Source: Eledone cirrhosa
Lineage: Eukaryota
Assembly: GCA_964016885.1 (NCBI GenBank)
Contig: OZ024743.1
Coordinates: forward strand, 286,936,001-287,000,000
Direction: 5' to 3'
DNA length: 64,000 nt
Shown: positions 37,794-50,778 of the stretch, piece by piece
How the letters are laid out: each line of letters begins with the position of its first letter
How positions within the stretch are numbered: position 1 is the stretch's first letter
Made by a program: the position numbers and the translations under genes
The notes under the pieces: generated by a model
What the model was told of the DNA's origin: nothing
Seen by the model: the letters and a program-made list of their open reading frames with translations, nothing else
Database searches by the model: none

Positions 37794-38392
37794 TGCAGAA
37801 AATGAATATATATATAAATGAACCACGATGACACCAAACCGCTATATTATTAATTTATTGAAAATAACTCACACCAGAGTTATACTAAAAATACACTGGG
37901 ATTATGGATGGTTTGTTTGTTTGTAAAAATAGAATTAAATTGTAAATACCAAGAAAGTTTAATGAGCTTCACTGTCTTGGCTAAGAGAGAGACCAAGAGA
38001 TAGAGATTGAGTGAGAGAGAGAGCGAGTAAGAGTCTGTAAGACCAGGAGAGAGAGAGAGAGAGTAAGAGTCTGTAAGACCAGGAGAGAGAGAGAGAGTAA
38101 GAGTCTGTAAGACCAGGAGAGAGAGAGTAAGAGTCTGTAGAGCCCAAGGGGTCTGTAGAAAGCAAATATTTTACATATTTACTCTATCAGGAACTGCTCC
38201 AAACTCTTTTTTTGCTTGGTCTAAGACAAGCTATTTATATCTATCGCTTCCTCTGTCCCCTACCTTGAGAACAACAAGAGTGACCTCCAGAGATCGCCCA
38301 TGCACAGACTTGTTTATGCCAAAAAGGAGGTAATCCAGAATTTGACCGTTAAATGTCACCCAGGGGTCAAAGTGTGGACAGATTTCGCTACA
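37794..38392 (-). mobile_element. putative solo LTR
   Basis: On minus: starts TGTAGCGAAAT, ends ATTTTCTGCA (TG..CA short IR); TATAAATA (38232-38239) upstream of AATAAA (37854-37859); internal GAGTAAGAGTCTGTAAGACCAG(GA)n repeats; no clear TSD. Confidence 0.55.
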
Positions 38393-38400
38393 TATATATA

Positions 38401-39243
38401 TCTAATATATATTTATGAAATGGGTGGTGGTTGAAATTCAGATGTGCACGGTTAAATGGTAGTAGACGTGGTTGGACGAACATAAAAATTTACACACCTA
38501 TGTAAAAAGTGCCAAGGAAGCAAATAGACGAGGTTTCAAATCTCTAACTAGGGCCCCCAAACGGTCTATTTACTATCGCGTTCGGTGAGTTATTTCCCTC
38601 TGTTCTAATACTTGGATGAGTTATTTACAATTTCATACAAATTTTTAAACTCATCAACGTTCTTTCGCTGTTAACATACAGTACCAATAATTTGAAAAAT
38701 ATTATTGAAAGTTTATTATAAAGAAGCAGTTTCAGGGGAAAAAATAGAAATATGCACTTGGGGCTGGACGGCGTACAATGAGAAGTGGAGCGACGTGAAA
38801 AGCGTTGTTTATTAACAGCGAAATAGCAATGTCGATGATATGCAAGTTTGAAAATGCAGATTAATAAACTGTACGTTTTATTTTCACAGTACCGTTTTAT
38901 GAAATCGATTCTGCAGTATGGTCACTGTTTTCCATCAAAAGAAATAAAACGCTTAAATTGCGAAGAAGAGACGCATGTTTTTATTTTAATTCTAATACAT
39001 GTTAACCACCATTAACAGTAAGTAGTATTTTTCAAATTGCATATCATCGACATTGCTATTTCGCTGTTAATAAACAACGCTTTTCATGTCACTCCACTTC
39101 TCATTGTACGCCATCCAGCCCCAAGTGCATATTTCTATTTTTTTTCCCTGAAACTGCTTCTTTATAATAAACTTTCAATAATATTTTTCAAATTATTAAC
39201 TTAATAAAAAGTGGCCCCGGGTGCAACCGGGCTCAGCTGCTAG
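38401..39243 (+). mobile_element. non-autonomous Helitron with long internal inverted repeat
   Basis: A|TC 5' end; 3' hairpin CCCGG-GTGCAA-CCGGG followed by CTAG|T; IR arms about 38686-38856 / 39026-39197. Confidence 0.75.
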
Positions 39244-39244
39244 T

Positions 39245-41452
39245 ATGTGTCAAGGAAAACCGTGATATTGTCGGGGAGAAGTGTGTCCTTAATGATGATG
39301 GTGTACTTGCCATCACTGACGCTGATAAGAAGGTAGCTTGGAAGTGTCACTACGAAAGGCTACTAAATGAGGAGACTAAATGGGAGAAAGAGAGTCTCCC
39401 CCACATCGATCCAATAGAGGGACCAGCAGTACTAGTTGAAGGTAGTATAATAAGTAAGGCAATCAAAGATATGAAGACAGGTAAGGCGGCTGGGCCTTCG
39501 GAAATAGTTGCTGAAATGCTGAAAGCATCTGGAACGGTGGGACAAACTATGGTCACCCGGATAGTAAACCAAGTCATACAGAATGGGGCCGTTCCGAAGG
39601 ACTGGCGTAGCAGCATCATCATTAACTGCTACAAGGGTAAAGGAGATGCCCTAGATAGGGGTAACTATAGAGGCATTAAATTAATCGACCAGGTCATGAA
39701 GGTCACAGAAAAAGTAATAGCACAACTAATCAGAGAACGAATTGATCTAGATGAAATGCAGTTCGGGTTTGTGTCAGGTAAAAGTACCACAGACGCTCTT
39801 TTCATTGTATGACAACTACAGGAGAAGTACCTAGCTAAAAGTAAACCCCTATACTTAGCTTTTGTTGACTTGGAGAAAGCCTTTGACAGAGTCCCCCGCT
39901 CCATTATCTGGTGGGCTCTTAGAAAACTAGGTGTTGATGAATGGTTTGAGAGAGCTATACAAGCCATGTATAAAGAAACAGTCAGCAAGGTTAGAATTAA
40001 CAATGAATATAGTGAAGAGTTTAGCGTAAAAGTTGATGTTCATCAGGGCTCCGTTCTTAGCCCCCTACTATTTATTATTGCCCTTCAGGCTATAACAGAG
40101 GAGTTCAAGACCGGCTGCCCATGGGAACTCCTATATGCAGATGATCAAACGCTCATAGCTGAATCAATGGCTGAACTAGAGAAGAAATTCCAAACATGGA
40201 AGCATGGCCTAGAATCAAAAGGCCTTAAAGTTAACTTGTCTAAGACTAAAGTTCTAGTTTGTAGGAAGGAAAATAGGGCACCGGTCCCATCTAGGAAATG
40301 GCCATGCTCAGTGTGTAGTAAAGGAGTAGGCAGAGACTCCATTTTATGTCCCAAATGCAAAGTATGGGTGCATAAAAGATGTAGTGGGATCACAGGTAAG
40401 CTAACTAAGAATATAGATTTTATATGTGGCCGGTGCTCTGGTGCAATAAGTAGCAGCAAGTGCCCACAGAATTCCATTGCCCAGATGGTTCTATAGAAAT
40501 AGTGGACACCTTCCGTTACCTGGGTGACAAAATCAGCTGTGGGGGAGGGTGCTCTGAAAGTACAGTATCTAGAGTCAAAACGGGATGGAAAAAGTTCAGA
40601 GAGCTTATACCACTATTGGCCGCTAAAGGGTTCTCTCTAAAAATGAAAGGCAGGCTGTATGATGCCTGCATACGAACAGCAATGTTACATGGCAGTGAGA
40701 CCTGGGCATTGTGTGCAGAGGATATACGCAGACTGGAGAGAAACGAAGCTTGCATGCTCCGCTGGATGTGTAATAGTAATATACGTGAACGGCAAAGCAT
40801 AAACGAACTAAGGGAGAAATTAGGAATAAGAGGGATCAGATGTTGTTTACTCGAGAGAAGACTACGTTGGTACAGTCACGTGATGCGCATGAAAGACAAC
40901 AGCTGTATAAAAAAAGTGCAGGGCGATAAAAATAGACGGTAGCCACGGAGTAGGCAGACCCAGAAAAACCTGATAAATTCCGACCTCACAGACTTACACC
41001 TCTCCAAGACAATGTCACTGGACCAAGATCTTTGGCGCTACACAGTTATACAGAAGACCCGCCTTGCCTAAGTACAAAGCGAAACCTACAGTCAGTAGGC
41101 ACCTCTAACAAAAATACATCCCGTCCCACTACCCCCACCCCATCCACACCACCCCCTTAAATGTGAAGTTATGTTGGTACCACAACATCCAGTCCGAAAC
41201 AAATGAGGTCGTGTAGGTGTCACGACAAAAAAACACACACTCTACGCTGTAATGTGGCCGTGTAGGTAACACTGTAAAAACCTCCCAGTCCACACTGTAA
41301 ACGTGGTTGGTGTTAGGAAGGACATCTAGCTGTAGAAAACCCACTAGACAGTCCTATGCGAGCAGGACAACCAATCTTGCCTCAAGTGGGAAAACTCCCG
41401 TCCAAACCCATGCAAGCATGGAAGATGGACGTTAAACGATGATGATGATGAT
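39245..41452 (+). mobile_element. 5'-truncated RTE LINE with the whole RT region, stops and frameshifts
   Basis: GKAAGPSE, YRGIKL, QFGF, FVDLEKAFDRV, HQGSVLSP, YADD, 3'UTR, (GAT)n. Confidence 0.95.
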
Positions 41453-41845
41453 ACAAATTTTAGTACAGCATTAACGAAGCTTTAGTTCGTGGCCAAGCTA
41501 ACGAATGCAAATTCGGTCTGTAGCTTTAGCACTTGGATGGGGAAAAGTACCCCAGATTAATAACAATATGTTTAGACAGCTTAGCAAATCAAATATAGCA
41601 ATCGGCAGTCCAGCTGCATCACTAGAGCAACGAAAATACAGGACTCAGGAACAGATGGTATATATATATATATATATACCATCAGAGCATAGATTGAATT
41701 AAAATTCTTTAGAAAATCTAGAGAATCTCAAATGCAGAAAATAACTTTTAACATAGTTGATTATTATAGATAATAGCTTAGAAAATTGAGTAAAATACTC
41801 CTATAGATGAAAAAAATGTCCAGCAGCTGATACAGAGAATCGAAC

Positions 41846-41918
<73 letters not shown>

Positions 41919-42675
41919 CAGTAATTGTCACCTACAATGACACCTAACCTACATTAGAAATGTTAATAACATTAATTTAGAGAATCCACCATGTACTAAA
42001 GCTATCATATAAATCATTTATTTCATAAGGGAGCAAATGTAAACCCATCCAAATGCACATAGAAACCAATACACATAAACTATCAAACAAATACATAAGC
42101 CACAACATAATCTACCACATAGAAACTATCATGTAAAATAATACATTTATCATTTCACACAAATCACTATGCAAACCACAACAAAGACCACCATGCAAAA
42201 CCTGCACCTTTGTTTAATTTAAACACCACACACGCTACCTGAAAGTCTATTAATATTCAAACCACCACCTAATTTTCACTATAGCTCTTTGTCTTGCTAG
42301 ACATACTGAGAATACGAGAATTCAGCTAAGTGATTCCAATACAGATATTTCTATGTTTTACTGTTATATCTGATCAAATTTAAAGTACAGATAAATGTTT
42401 ATAGTGTCTGCACAGAAACACAATGCTTTCTCTGGAACTAATCTGTGATTCTACAGCAATTTCTCTATTTTACATATGCTGATATACTTATTACTTTTGC
42501 ATAAGAGTGCCTATAAAATTATATTTAATAATAGTACTCTGCTGTAAATATGCTACTTAACATGTTATGTATAAGCAGTTTTAAATGTGTTATATAACAC
42601 TTGTGTGTATGTGTGTATATATATAGGTATGCAGATACACATGACTATATATATATGCATATATACAGTATATAT

Positions 42676-43842
42676 ATCATCATCATCATCATCATCAGGT
42701 TTAGCGTCCGTGTTCCACGCTTGCATGGGTTTGGACGGGGGTTTTCCCACTTGAGGCAAGAGTGGTTGTCTTGCTCGCATAGGACTGTCTGGCGGGTTTT
42801 CTACAGTTGGATGCCCTTCCTAACACCAACCACATTTACAGTGTGGGGCTGGGAGGTTTTTACCGTGTTGCCTACACGGCCACATTACAGCGTGGACTGT
42901 CTGGCGGGTTTTCTACAGCTGGATGCCCTTCCTAACACCAACCACATTTACAGTGTGGGGCTGGGAGGTTTTTACCGTGTTGCCTACATGGCCACATTTA
43001 CAGCGTGGACTGTGTGTTTTTTGTCGTGACACCTACACGATCTCATTTGTTTCGGCCTGGATGTTGTGGGACCAACATAACTTTACATTGAAAGGGGCGG
43101 TGTGGGTGGGGTGGAGGTGGTGGGACGGGGGTGTGTTTTGATAGAGATGCCTACTGACTGTAGTAGGTTTTTACTTTGTATTTAGGTAAGGCGGGTCTTC
43201 TCTATTACTGAGTACCGCCAAAGGTCTCGGTCCAGTGACATTGTCTTGGAGAGGTGTAAGCGTGTGAGGTCGGAATTTATCAGCTCGTCCCATGTTTTTC
43301 TGGGTCTGCCTACTCCGTGGCTACCGTCTATCTTTATTGCCCTGCACTTTGTTATACAGCTGTCGTCTTTCATGCGCATCACGTGACCGTACCAACGTAG
43401 CCTTCTCTCGAGTAAACAACATCTGATCCCTCTTATTTCTAATTTTTTCCTTAGTTCGTTTATGCTTTGCCGTTCACGTATATTACTATTGCACATCCAG
43501 CGGAGCATGCAAGCTTCGTTCCTCTCTAGTCTGCGTATATCCTCTGCACACAATGCCCAGGTCTCACTGCCATGCAACATTGCTGTTCGTATGCAGGCAT
43601 CGTATAACCTGCCTTTCATTTTTAGGGAGAACCCTTTAGCAGCTAATAGTGGTATAAGCTCTCTGAACTTTTTCCATCCAGTTCTGACTCTAGCTACTGT
43701 ACTTTCAGAGCACCCTCCCCCACAGCTGATTTTGTCACCCAGGTAACGGAAGCTGTCCACTATTTCTATAGAACCCTCTGCGCAGTTGAAGGAGCTAGTA
43801 TTTTGTGGGCACTTGCTGCTACTTATTGCACCAGAGCACCGG

Positions 43843-43845
<3 letters not shown>
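42676..43845 (-). mobile_element. 5'-truncated RTE LINE with a 112-bp tandem duplication in the 3'UTR
   Basis: GRCSGAISS...YLGD...RPRKTW...EKTRLT; GGACTGT at 42782, 42894 and 43007. Confidence 0.95.
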
Positions 43846-43901
<56 letters not shown>

Positions 43902-43947
43902 CAAGCGTGGAAGATGGACGTTAAACGATGATGATGATGATGATGAT

Positions 43948-44180
43948 AGGGAAAAAAGATGAAATCGAAAATGCAACTGGAGTCTTTTTAAGAATATTTA
44001 TTTGGTTCCTTTACCAGTTACGCAGTTCTTGTGCTTTTCAAAAGTAGAATTGAGATGGAGAGTTTGTGGTTTTTCTCGCATCTGATGCGTAACTGGTAAA
44101 GGATGATGTGTAACTGGTAAAGGAACCAAATAAATATTCTTAAAAAGACTCCAGTTACATTTTTGATTTTATCTTTTTTC
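43948..44180. repeat. inverted repeat with ~75-bp arms (DNA-transposon remnant?)
   Basis: AACTGGAGTCTTTTTAAGAATATTTATTTGGTTCCTTTACCAGTTAC and its exact reverse complement at ~44110-44157. Confidence 0.8.
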
Positions 44181-44356
44181 CTTATACTTTCACTCATGTA
44201 GGACATCTCGTTTTTTTTCATTTTGTAAAAAAAAACCCTCATTTTCTAATATATATATATAATATGAAAAAAATGTCCAGCAGCTGATACAGAGAATCGA
44301 ACTCTGTATAGTATATTTATATATATTGTCACCTACAATGACACCTAACCTACATT

Positions 44357-44615
44357 AATGAGATCGTGTAGGTGTCACGACAAAAAAACACACAGTCCAC
44401 GCTGTAATGTGGCCGTGTAGGCAACACGGTAAAAACCTCCCAGTTCCACACTGTAAATGTGGTTGGTGTTAGGAAGGGCATCCAACTGTAGAAAACCTGC
44501 CAGACAGTCCTATGCGAGCAAGACAATCACTCTTGCCTCAAGTGGGACTACCCCCGTCCAAACCCATGCAAGCGTGGAACACGGACGTTAAACGTTGATG
44601 ATGATGATGATGATG
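44357..44615 (+). mobile_element. RTE 3'UTR-only insertion (a ~50-bp tail also lies at 43898-43947)
   Basis: Nearly identical to 52182-52443. Confidence 0.92.
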
Positions 44616-44616
44616 A

Positions 44617-44647
<31 letters not shown>

Positions 44648-44650
44648 TAC

Positions 44651-44709
<59 letters not shown>

Positions 44710-44869
44710 GTGTGTGTGTGTATGTGTGCAAATGAGACTAATAGACCATTAATCAACTTAGTAGTCTATACTTAAGGAAAGTAGAGTGTAGATATTTTTA
44801 TAAGATAGATCCTATAATATATAAATATATCAGAATAGACGGTTGGATGCATGTATGTATACAGTTAAC

Positions 44870-45195
44870 TGTGGACATGTAATGGGATCATGAGTATGAT
44901 GACAGTGAAGGTTGACTTCAGTTGGAACAAGTGCACAGAAGTAGTCAACAGTAAGAGTACTCATGAAATAAACACTCTCAAATGTTTATAAAGCTGACTA
45001 GAAGTAGTAGAAAGCTTTCACTATCTTGTTGACCTCATTAGCAGTGATGATGTAGTTAGAATGAGAAGAGAGCTGTTATCTCTACTGGTAACAAATGGTT
45101 TCTCACTCAGAGCAAAGGGCAGATTACATGATGCCTGTGTTCAAACTGTTATGTTGCATGGTAGCAAGACATGGGCCCTGAGTGCGGATATGTAG
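44870..45195 (+). mobile_element. old RTE fragment
   Basis: LEVVESFHYLVD, LLVTNGFSLRAKGRLHDACVQTVMLHGSKTWAL. Confidence 0.8.
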
Positions 45196-45287
45196 CAGTA
45201 AGTATTTATTCAAGTCCTTTATTGAAGTCCCACAGTAAAGTATTCATTCAAGTAATGTTGTAGTCATACACAGTGATTTACCTCTGG

Positions 45288-45711
45288 AAACCTTATTCAA
45301 CTACACAGCCAAGCTCTCACATTGAACTGCTAGTCTTGTTAAACCTTATTCAACTACACAGCCAAGCTCTCACATTGAACTGCTAGTCTTGTTAAACCTT
45401 ATTCAACTACACAGCCAAGCTCTCACATTGAACTGCTAGTCTTGTTAAACCTTTTTCAACTACACAGCCAAGCTCTCACATTGAACTGCTAGTCTTGTTA
45501 AACCTTATTCAACTACACAGCCAAGCTCTCACATTGAACTGCTAGTCTTGTTAAACCTTATTCAACTACACAGCCAAGCTCTCATATTGAACTGCTAGTC
45601 TTGTTAAACCTTATTCAACTACACAGCCAAGCTCTCACATTGAACTGCTAGTCTTGTTAAACCTTATTCAACTACACAGCCAAGCTCTCACATTTAACTG
45701 TTAGTCCTATT
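45288..45711. repeat. 53-bp minisatellite, 8 copies
   Basis: Unit AAACCTTATTCAACTACACAGCCAAGCTCTCACATTGAACTGCTAGTCTTGTT, head-to-tail with no spacers. Confidence 0.97.
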
Positions 45712-45974
45712 AAATAGAACTGGTCACATGATCATTTAGTTGAATTACAACACAATAAGTATGTAAAACTTGCAATACTGCAACAATATATTTGGTTGTT
45801 TTTTCTTTAATATTTATGAATTCTTATTTCACATAAGCATAGTCTATATTTATACAACAGAGAAACAGTGGAAGAAGACACACTTAATCAATCACATGCC
45901 ATAACAAGGGGCACTTGTGATTCCCTCTAATAAATTTTAAGGCAAGCTAATGCACTCACATGATTGTCATGGGT

Positions 45975-46115
45975 AATAATTGTTTCTACTTTTGGCACAA
46001 GCCCAGCAATTATCCCAGTGTATTACTGGTACTTTATTTTATCGACCCCGTAAGGATGAAAGGCAAAGTTAACTTCGGCGGGATTTGAACTCAGACTATA
46101 AAGGGCTGTAACTCT
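45975..46115 (-). mobile_element. Nin/Deu-domain SINE, 5'-truncated
   Basis: Reverse complement of B-box, core and tail. Confidence 0.88.
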
Positions 46116-46882
46116 ATACTGCAAAGGTAATAATGATACTAAGACAATGAAATAAACAGGCATCCTCAGGGGGTGAATGTTATATTTCTCCCTTCTGTAG
46201 TACTTTTTGTAGAAGGCAGCCACATTTGTACTCAACAAATATAAAGAATTGTATACAACTATGACATTATTTGGATGAATATATTGCTGTAAAAGGATTT
46301 GAACAAAGATTGACACTAAATGATCACAAATTTACACTGTACAAATACCAAAAGGCTGATCAAACATACATACAATAGTCAACTTCAAGAAATACATGAA
46401 AATTTGGATCTGTAAAAATATTTGTGGAAGAATTTGGGAAGAAATGTCATGTTGCCTATGACTGTCTAAGACACAAACATCCAAATTGGTGCTTGAAAGT
46501 ACTCAATAGCAGTAGTTATGTTTGCTCACACAAATGATATGAATCAATTGGTCTTAAGTAATTTGACTTCTTCCATTAAGAAAAAACTGCCATGTCAACA
46601 ACAGTCTAAACTGAGGCTCAGAGGGAAAAGGACTCGACTAAAAGAACAGCAACATTTTTATTGATGTCCTGAGAATACAAAAACTAGGAATTGAGGAGGA
46701 TATTATTGAAAATGTAAATAACAATAAATCTTCTGTCAAACAACTTGAAAGGAAATACTAGTTGTAAATGTCACTAATATAAACAGTTAGAAAATGACTG
46801 ACTTAATACTGATGTGTTGATGGCTTTGTCCATACTGCCAACATTAGCAAGTACTGAAGATTCTGGGAACAATAATATAAGA

Positions 46883-46949
<67 letters not shown>

Positions 46950-47347
46950 TGGCTGGATGTCCTCCCTAATGCCAACCATTTAACAGAGTGTACTGTGTGT
47001 ATTCTTTGTGGGAGCAGTACTAGAAAGATTGTTATATCTATGATGTGATTGAAAGGTCCTCTCAACACTTTTTGGCATGGTTTCTATGGCTAGATGCCTT
47101 TCCTAACACCGACCACTTTACAAAGTTTACTGGGTGCATATCATCGTGGTACCAGCATAAAAGAGATTATTGATCAATTGACTATAGATGGAGGAGGGAA
47201 TGATGCCTTGTTTAGGAGATGAGATTGGGACAGAAGTAAGAAGCATGGCAAATAGGAAGTCATGGGTGTATAACAAAACAGACTGATGGGGAGGAGAAAA
47301 GAGGTGGGAATGGAAAGTATCTTGGATAGAATGGAGGAGTACAGTCT

Positions 47348-47428
<81 letters not shown>

Positions 47429-47429
47429 T

Positions 47430-47870
47430 TATAATAATAATAATAATAATAATGATTTCATTTATTGACCACAATGTAGGGGACAATACAAAGACAGGGA
47501 CAGTGGGGGATTACAATAAGGTCGAGTAAAAGTGCACAATGTTAAGACTAATTTAACAATGAAGATATACAAATATAAAATAAATTGTGTTAAATAAAAC
47601 AAAATAAATTTCCCTATAGGTGGTGGACAACCCAGGAGTGACTCAGGTACCCCACCAATCCTAAGCCACCCTGTGATTCTAGGGCACCCAGGGAGAGCAC
47701 CCCCCTCTCCTCAAATTAGCTAGCCTATAGGCCTTTCATCCACCTTTTAGCAAACGTACTGGGGGGGGGGGGGGGGGGGCAGCACTCCTCTCTCCACCCT
47801 CACCTTCCTTTCCAGGTGAAACTTGAAGAAGTTGATGAGGGATTGGCCGAAGAGAAAGGTGTCTGTCTTC
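47430..47870 (-). mobile_element. L1/Tx1-like LINE 3' end
   Basis: KTDTFLFGQSLINFFKFHLERKVRVER, 3'UTR with AATAAA then (ATT)n; homologous to 55420-55835. Confidence 0.6.
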
Positions 47871-47889
47871 ATAATAATAATAATAATAA

Positions 47890-47990
47890 TTGTTTCTACT
47901 TTAGGCACAAGGCCAGCAATTACCCAATGCATTACTGGTACTTTATTTTATCGACCCCATAAGGATGAAAGGCAAAGTTAACCTCAGCGG
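47890..47990 (-). mobile_element. truncated Nin/Deu-domain SINE (second copy at 49255-49345)
   Basis: Core and tail in reverse orientation, both abutting (TAA)n. Confidence 0.88.
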
Positions 47991-49255
47991 TAATAGAAAT
48001 TAATACACCTTCCTAGAACTCAGGGAGGCCGTGGCCTGATCCAATTTGAACTTGCTTACAAGACCACCATCATTGGATTGGCCAAATACCTTGAAACAAC
48101 TAACGACTGTATGCTGAAACTTGTTGAAAAGCATGAGAGAAGTAAGAAGCTTCATTCTATCTTGAAGGAGAGCAAAAAATATGCTACTGATCTCATGCTT
48201 GATACCCAGGCTGGACAGACTAAAGAAACTGATGCAACTGATGCTGCTAGGCATATAAAATCACTGGCAAAAGCAAAAGGGCAAGGACAATTAGCATCAA
48301 ATTGGGAGCAGAAACCTTTGCATGGCAAATATGTGGCCTGTAGCAAACAAGCTGATGTTGACCAAAAGCACTACCATCAGTGGCTACGTAGTTCAGGGCT
48401 AAAGGCGGAAAGTGAAGGCTTCATCTTAGCTGCCCAAGATCAAAGCTTATTGACTCGTAATTACCAGGCCAATGTGATGAGAAACGGAATAAACCCAAAG
48501 TGCCGATTCTGCAATGCTGGGGTTGAAACAGTGGATCACTTAGTCTCTGGATGTAAAGTTTTAGCACCAGTAGAATACAAATATAGACATGAAAGAGTTG
48601 GCCAATATCTACACTGGGTAATATGTCGGCATTACAAAATCAAAGCTGAAGACAAGTGGTACAACCATCAACCTGAGGCTGTAACTGAAGGAGAAAAAGA
48701 AACAATTCTCTGGGACTTTCCTGTACATACTGACTGGACCATAAAAGCAAATAGACCTGACATCATTATAAAAGATCAACATAACAAGGTCCGTTTATTG
48801 ATAGATATGACCATCCCATGTGATCACAATATCGCGGCAAAGGAGTACGAAAATATAAAGATCTGCTTATTGAAATTGAGAAAATGTGGCACCTCAAGGC
48901 CATTACAATACCAGTGATTGTGGGAAGCCTGGGTATGATCAAGAAAGGAACAGAACAATATTTGCAAATGATTCCTGGTTTGCCCTCTCTGCACGAGGTG
49001 CAAAAAATTGTTTTGACTGGTTCTACACACATATTGAGAAGAGCACTATCTCTGAAAGATTGATATCCCTCCTTGTATTTACATATGCATATGCACATGA
49101 GTATATATGTATACTGTTTTTTATTTTAATTATAATCAATGTGCTGTACTAACTGGCTTACCAATGCATACTGTGAATTTATTTGCCCTAGGTGTCGGGA
49201 AGACACTCAGCATATATCTCAGAAACAATAATGAAAGAAAATAATAATAATAATT
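47991..49255 (+). mobile_element. R4/Dong-clade non-LTR retrotransposon, 5'-truncated (thumb, CCHC knuckle, restriction-like endonuclease)
   Basis: LYLPRTQGGRGL, KPLHGKY, ILAAQDQSLLTR, CRFC..ETVDHLVSGC, RHERV, RPDIII..IDMTIP, frameshift, then VQKIVLTGSTHILRRALS; 3'UTR ends in (TAA)n. Confidence 0.92.
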
Positions 49256-49904
49256 GTTTCTACTTTAGGCACAAGGCCAGCAATTACCCAGTACATTACT
49301 GGTACTTTATTTTATCGACCCCGTAAGGATGAAAGGCAAAGTCAACAATAATAATAATGATTTCTAATAATAATAATAGGGAAGAATACGCACATGGTGG
49401 ATAGAGTGTTATGGAATCGCTCCCGTAACTTTTTGATTTTTTACATATTTAAAACAATTGTGATAGAATAATTCTTATTACAAATGGGACATAAGACACC
49501 AGTCTTGATTCTCAGGAAGTGACTAGACATAACACTCTGGCATATGGCTCAGATATTTAATTTTGTATCAGAAATTTTATAGTAAAAAAAGAAAATGGTT
49601 ACAAATGGTTACAAATGGAAGAAAACAACAGCCAAATAATTTCACCACCAACACCACCACCACTTCTACAAACTTTAGCTAGAGACAAACCACCGTCACC
49701 ACTCCATCATGGCTACCACCACTATTCCCTCACTACCTCCTGTTAAGAGAGGGAAGGTAGTAGTGTCACTACACATGACTAGAAAAGAGGAAGTTACCAA
49801 AAGACTGATTTAGTGACCCGGTCAAACATAGCTATCAACGACACCATAATAATTGTCATTGTATCTCTAAACCCTCTCAAAATGTTTAGTTTAAACGATG
49901 TCAA

Positions 49905-50103
49905 ATAATAATAATAATTGTTTCTACTTTTGGCACAAGGCCAGCAATTACCCCAGTGTATTACTGGTACTTTATTTTATCGACCCCGTAAGGACGAAAG
50001 GCAAAGTTAACCTCAGCGGGATTTGAACTCAGAATGGCAAGGGCCGTAACTCTATGCGTCAAAGCATGGTGTCCGACCCTCTACCGATACTGCTAATCCA
50101 CGA
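49905..50103 (-). mobile_element. full-length Nin/Deu-domain SINE
   Basis: Reverse-strand A-box, B-box GAGTTCAAATCC, core and tail. Confidence 0.88.
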
Positions 50104-50124
50104 TGGTGATGATGATGATGATAA

Positions 50125-50574
50125 TAATAAACAAAAGATAGTTAGTTTAAATCATCTCTATTTTATTATATATATTTCAAAGATGCAGACTTATGTATAA
50201 TATAATCCGAAACATGTTCTCATCAGACAAAATGCATAGGAGATACAGGTTTCTTTTGATATACTGGCGGTCAAACGAGCTGGACATTCTAATTACATCA
50301 TATTTTAAATTTCAAAAACGCTAAGTCCAACTGTATTTTTCTCCCACTCATGTAACATCTCCTGTGTTGTGTTTTTTTTTCTAATCATATGCTTGGTTGT
50401 TACCGATCTGTCCAGCTCATTTGACTGCCAGTATATCAAAAGAAACCTGCATCTCCTCTGCATTTTGTTTGACGAGAACATGTTTTGTATTATGTTATAC
50501 ATAAGCCTTGTATCTTCGAAATATATATCATAAAATTAATAGAGATGATCTAAAGTAACTATCTTTTGTTTATT
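50125..50574. mobile_element. foldback MITE with ~160-bp imperfect TIRs
   Basis: 50125-50286 is reverse-complementary to 50409-50574 (e.g. CAGGTTTCTTTTGATATACTGGC / GCCAGTATATCAAAAGAAACCTG). Confidence 0.8.
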
Positions 50575-50731
50575 GAATTGGCAGTATCGGTAGAGGGTTG
50601 GACGCCATGCTTTCTAGCATAGTTACGTCCCTTTACAGTCTGAGTTCAAATACCGCCGAGGTTAACTTTGCCTTTCATCCTTACGGGGTCGATAAAATAA
50701 AGTACCAGTAATGTACTGGGTAATTATTATT
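50575..50731 (+). mobile_element. Nin/Deu-domain SINE lacking the distal tail
   Basis: A-box TGGCAGTATCGG, B-box, core, then (ATT)n. Confidence 0.88.
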
Positions 50732-50778
50732 ACTAGCAGAAAAACTACCCGAAGGGCATATTGATATTATACGTAAGT

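Noticed and set aside
45288-45711. CRISPR-like array
   Set aside because: Units are head-to-tail with no unique spacers, no cas genes, and the context is eukaryotic.
46140-46840. Transposase relic or host exon
   Set aside because: No recognisable motif; frequent stops in the frames examined.
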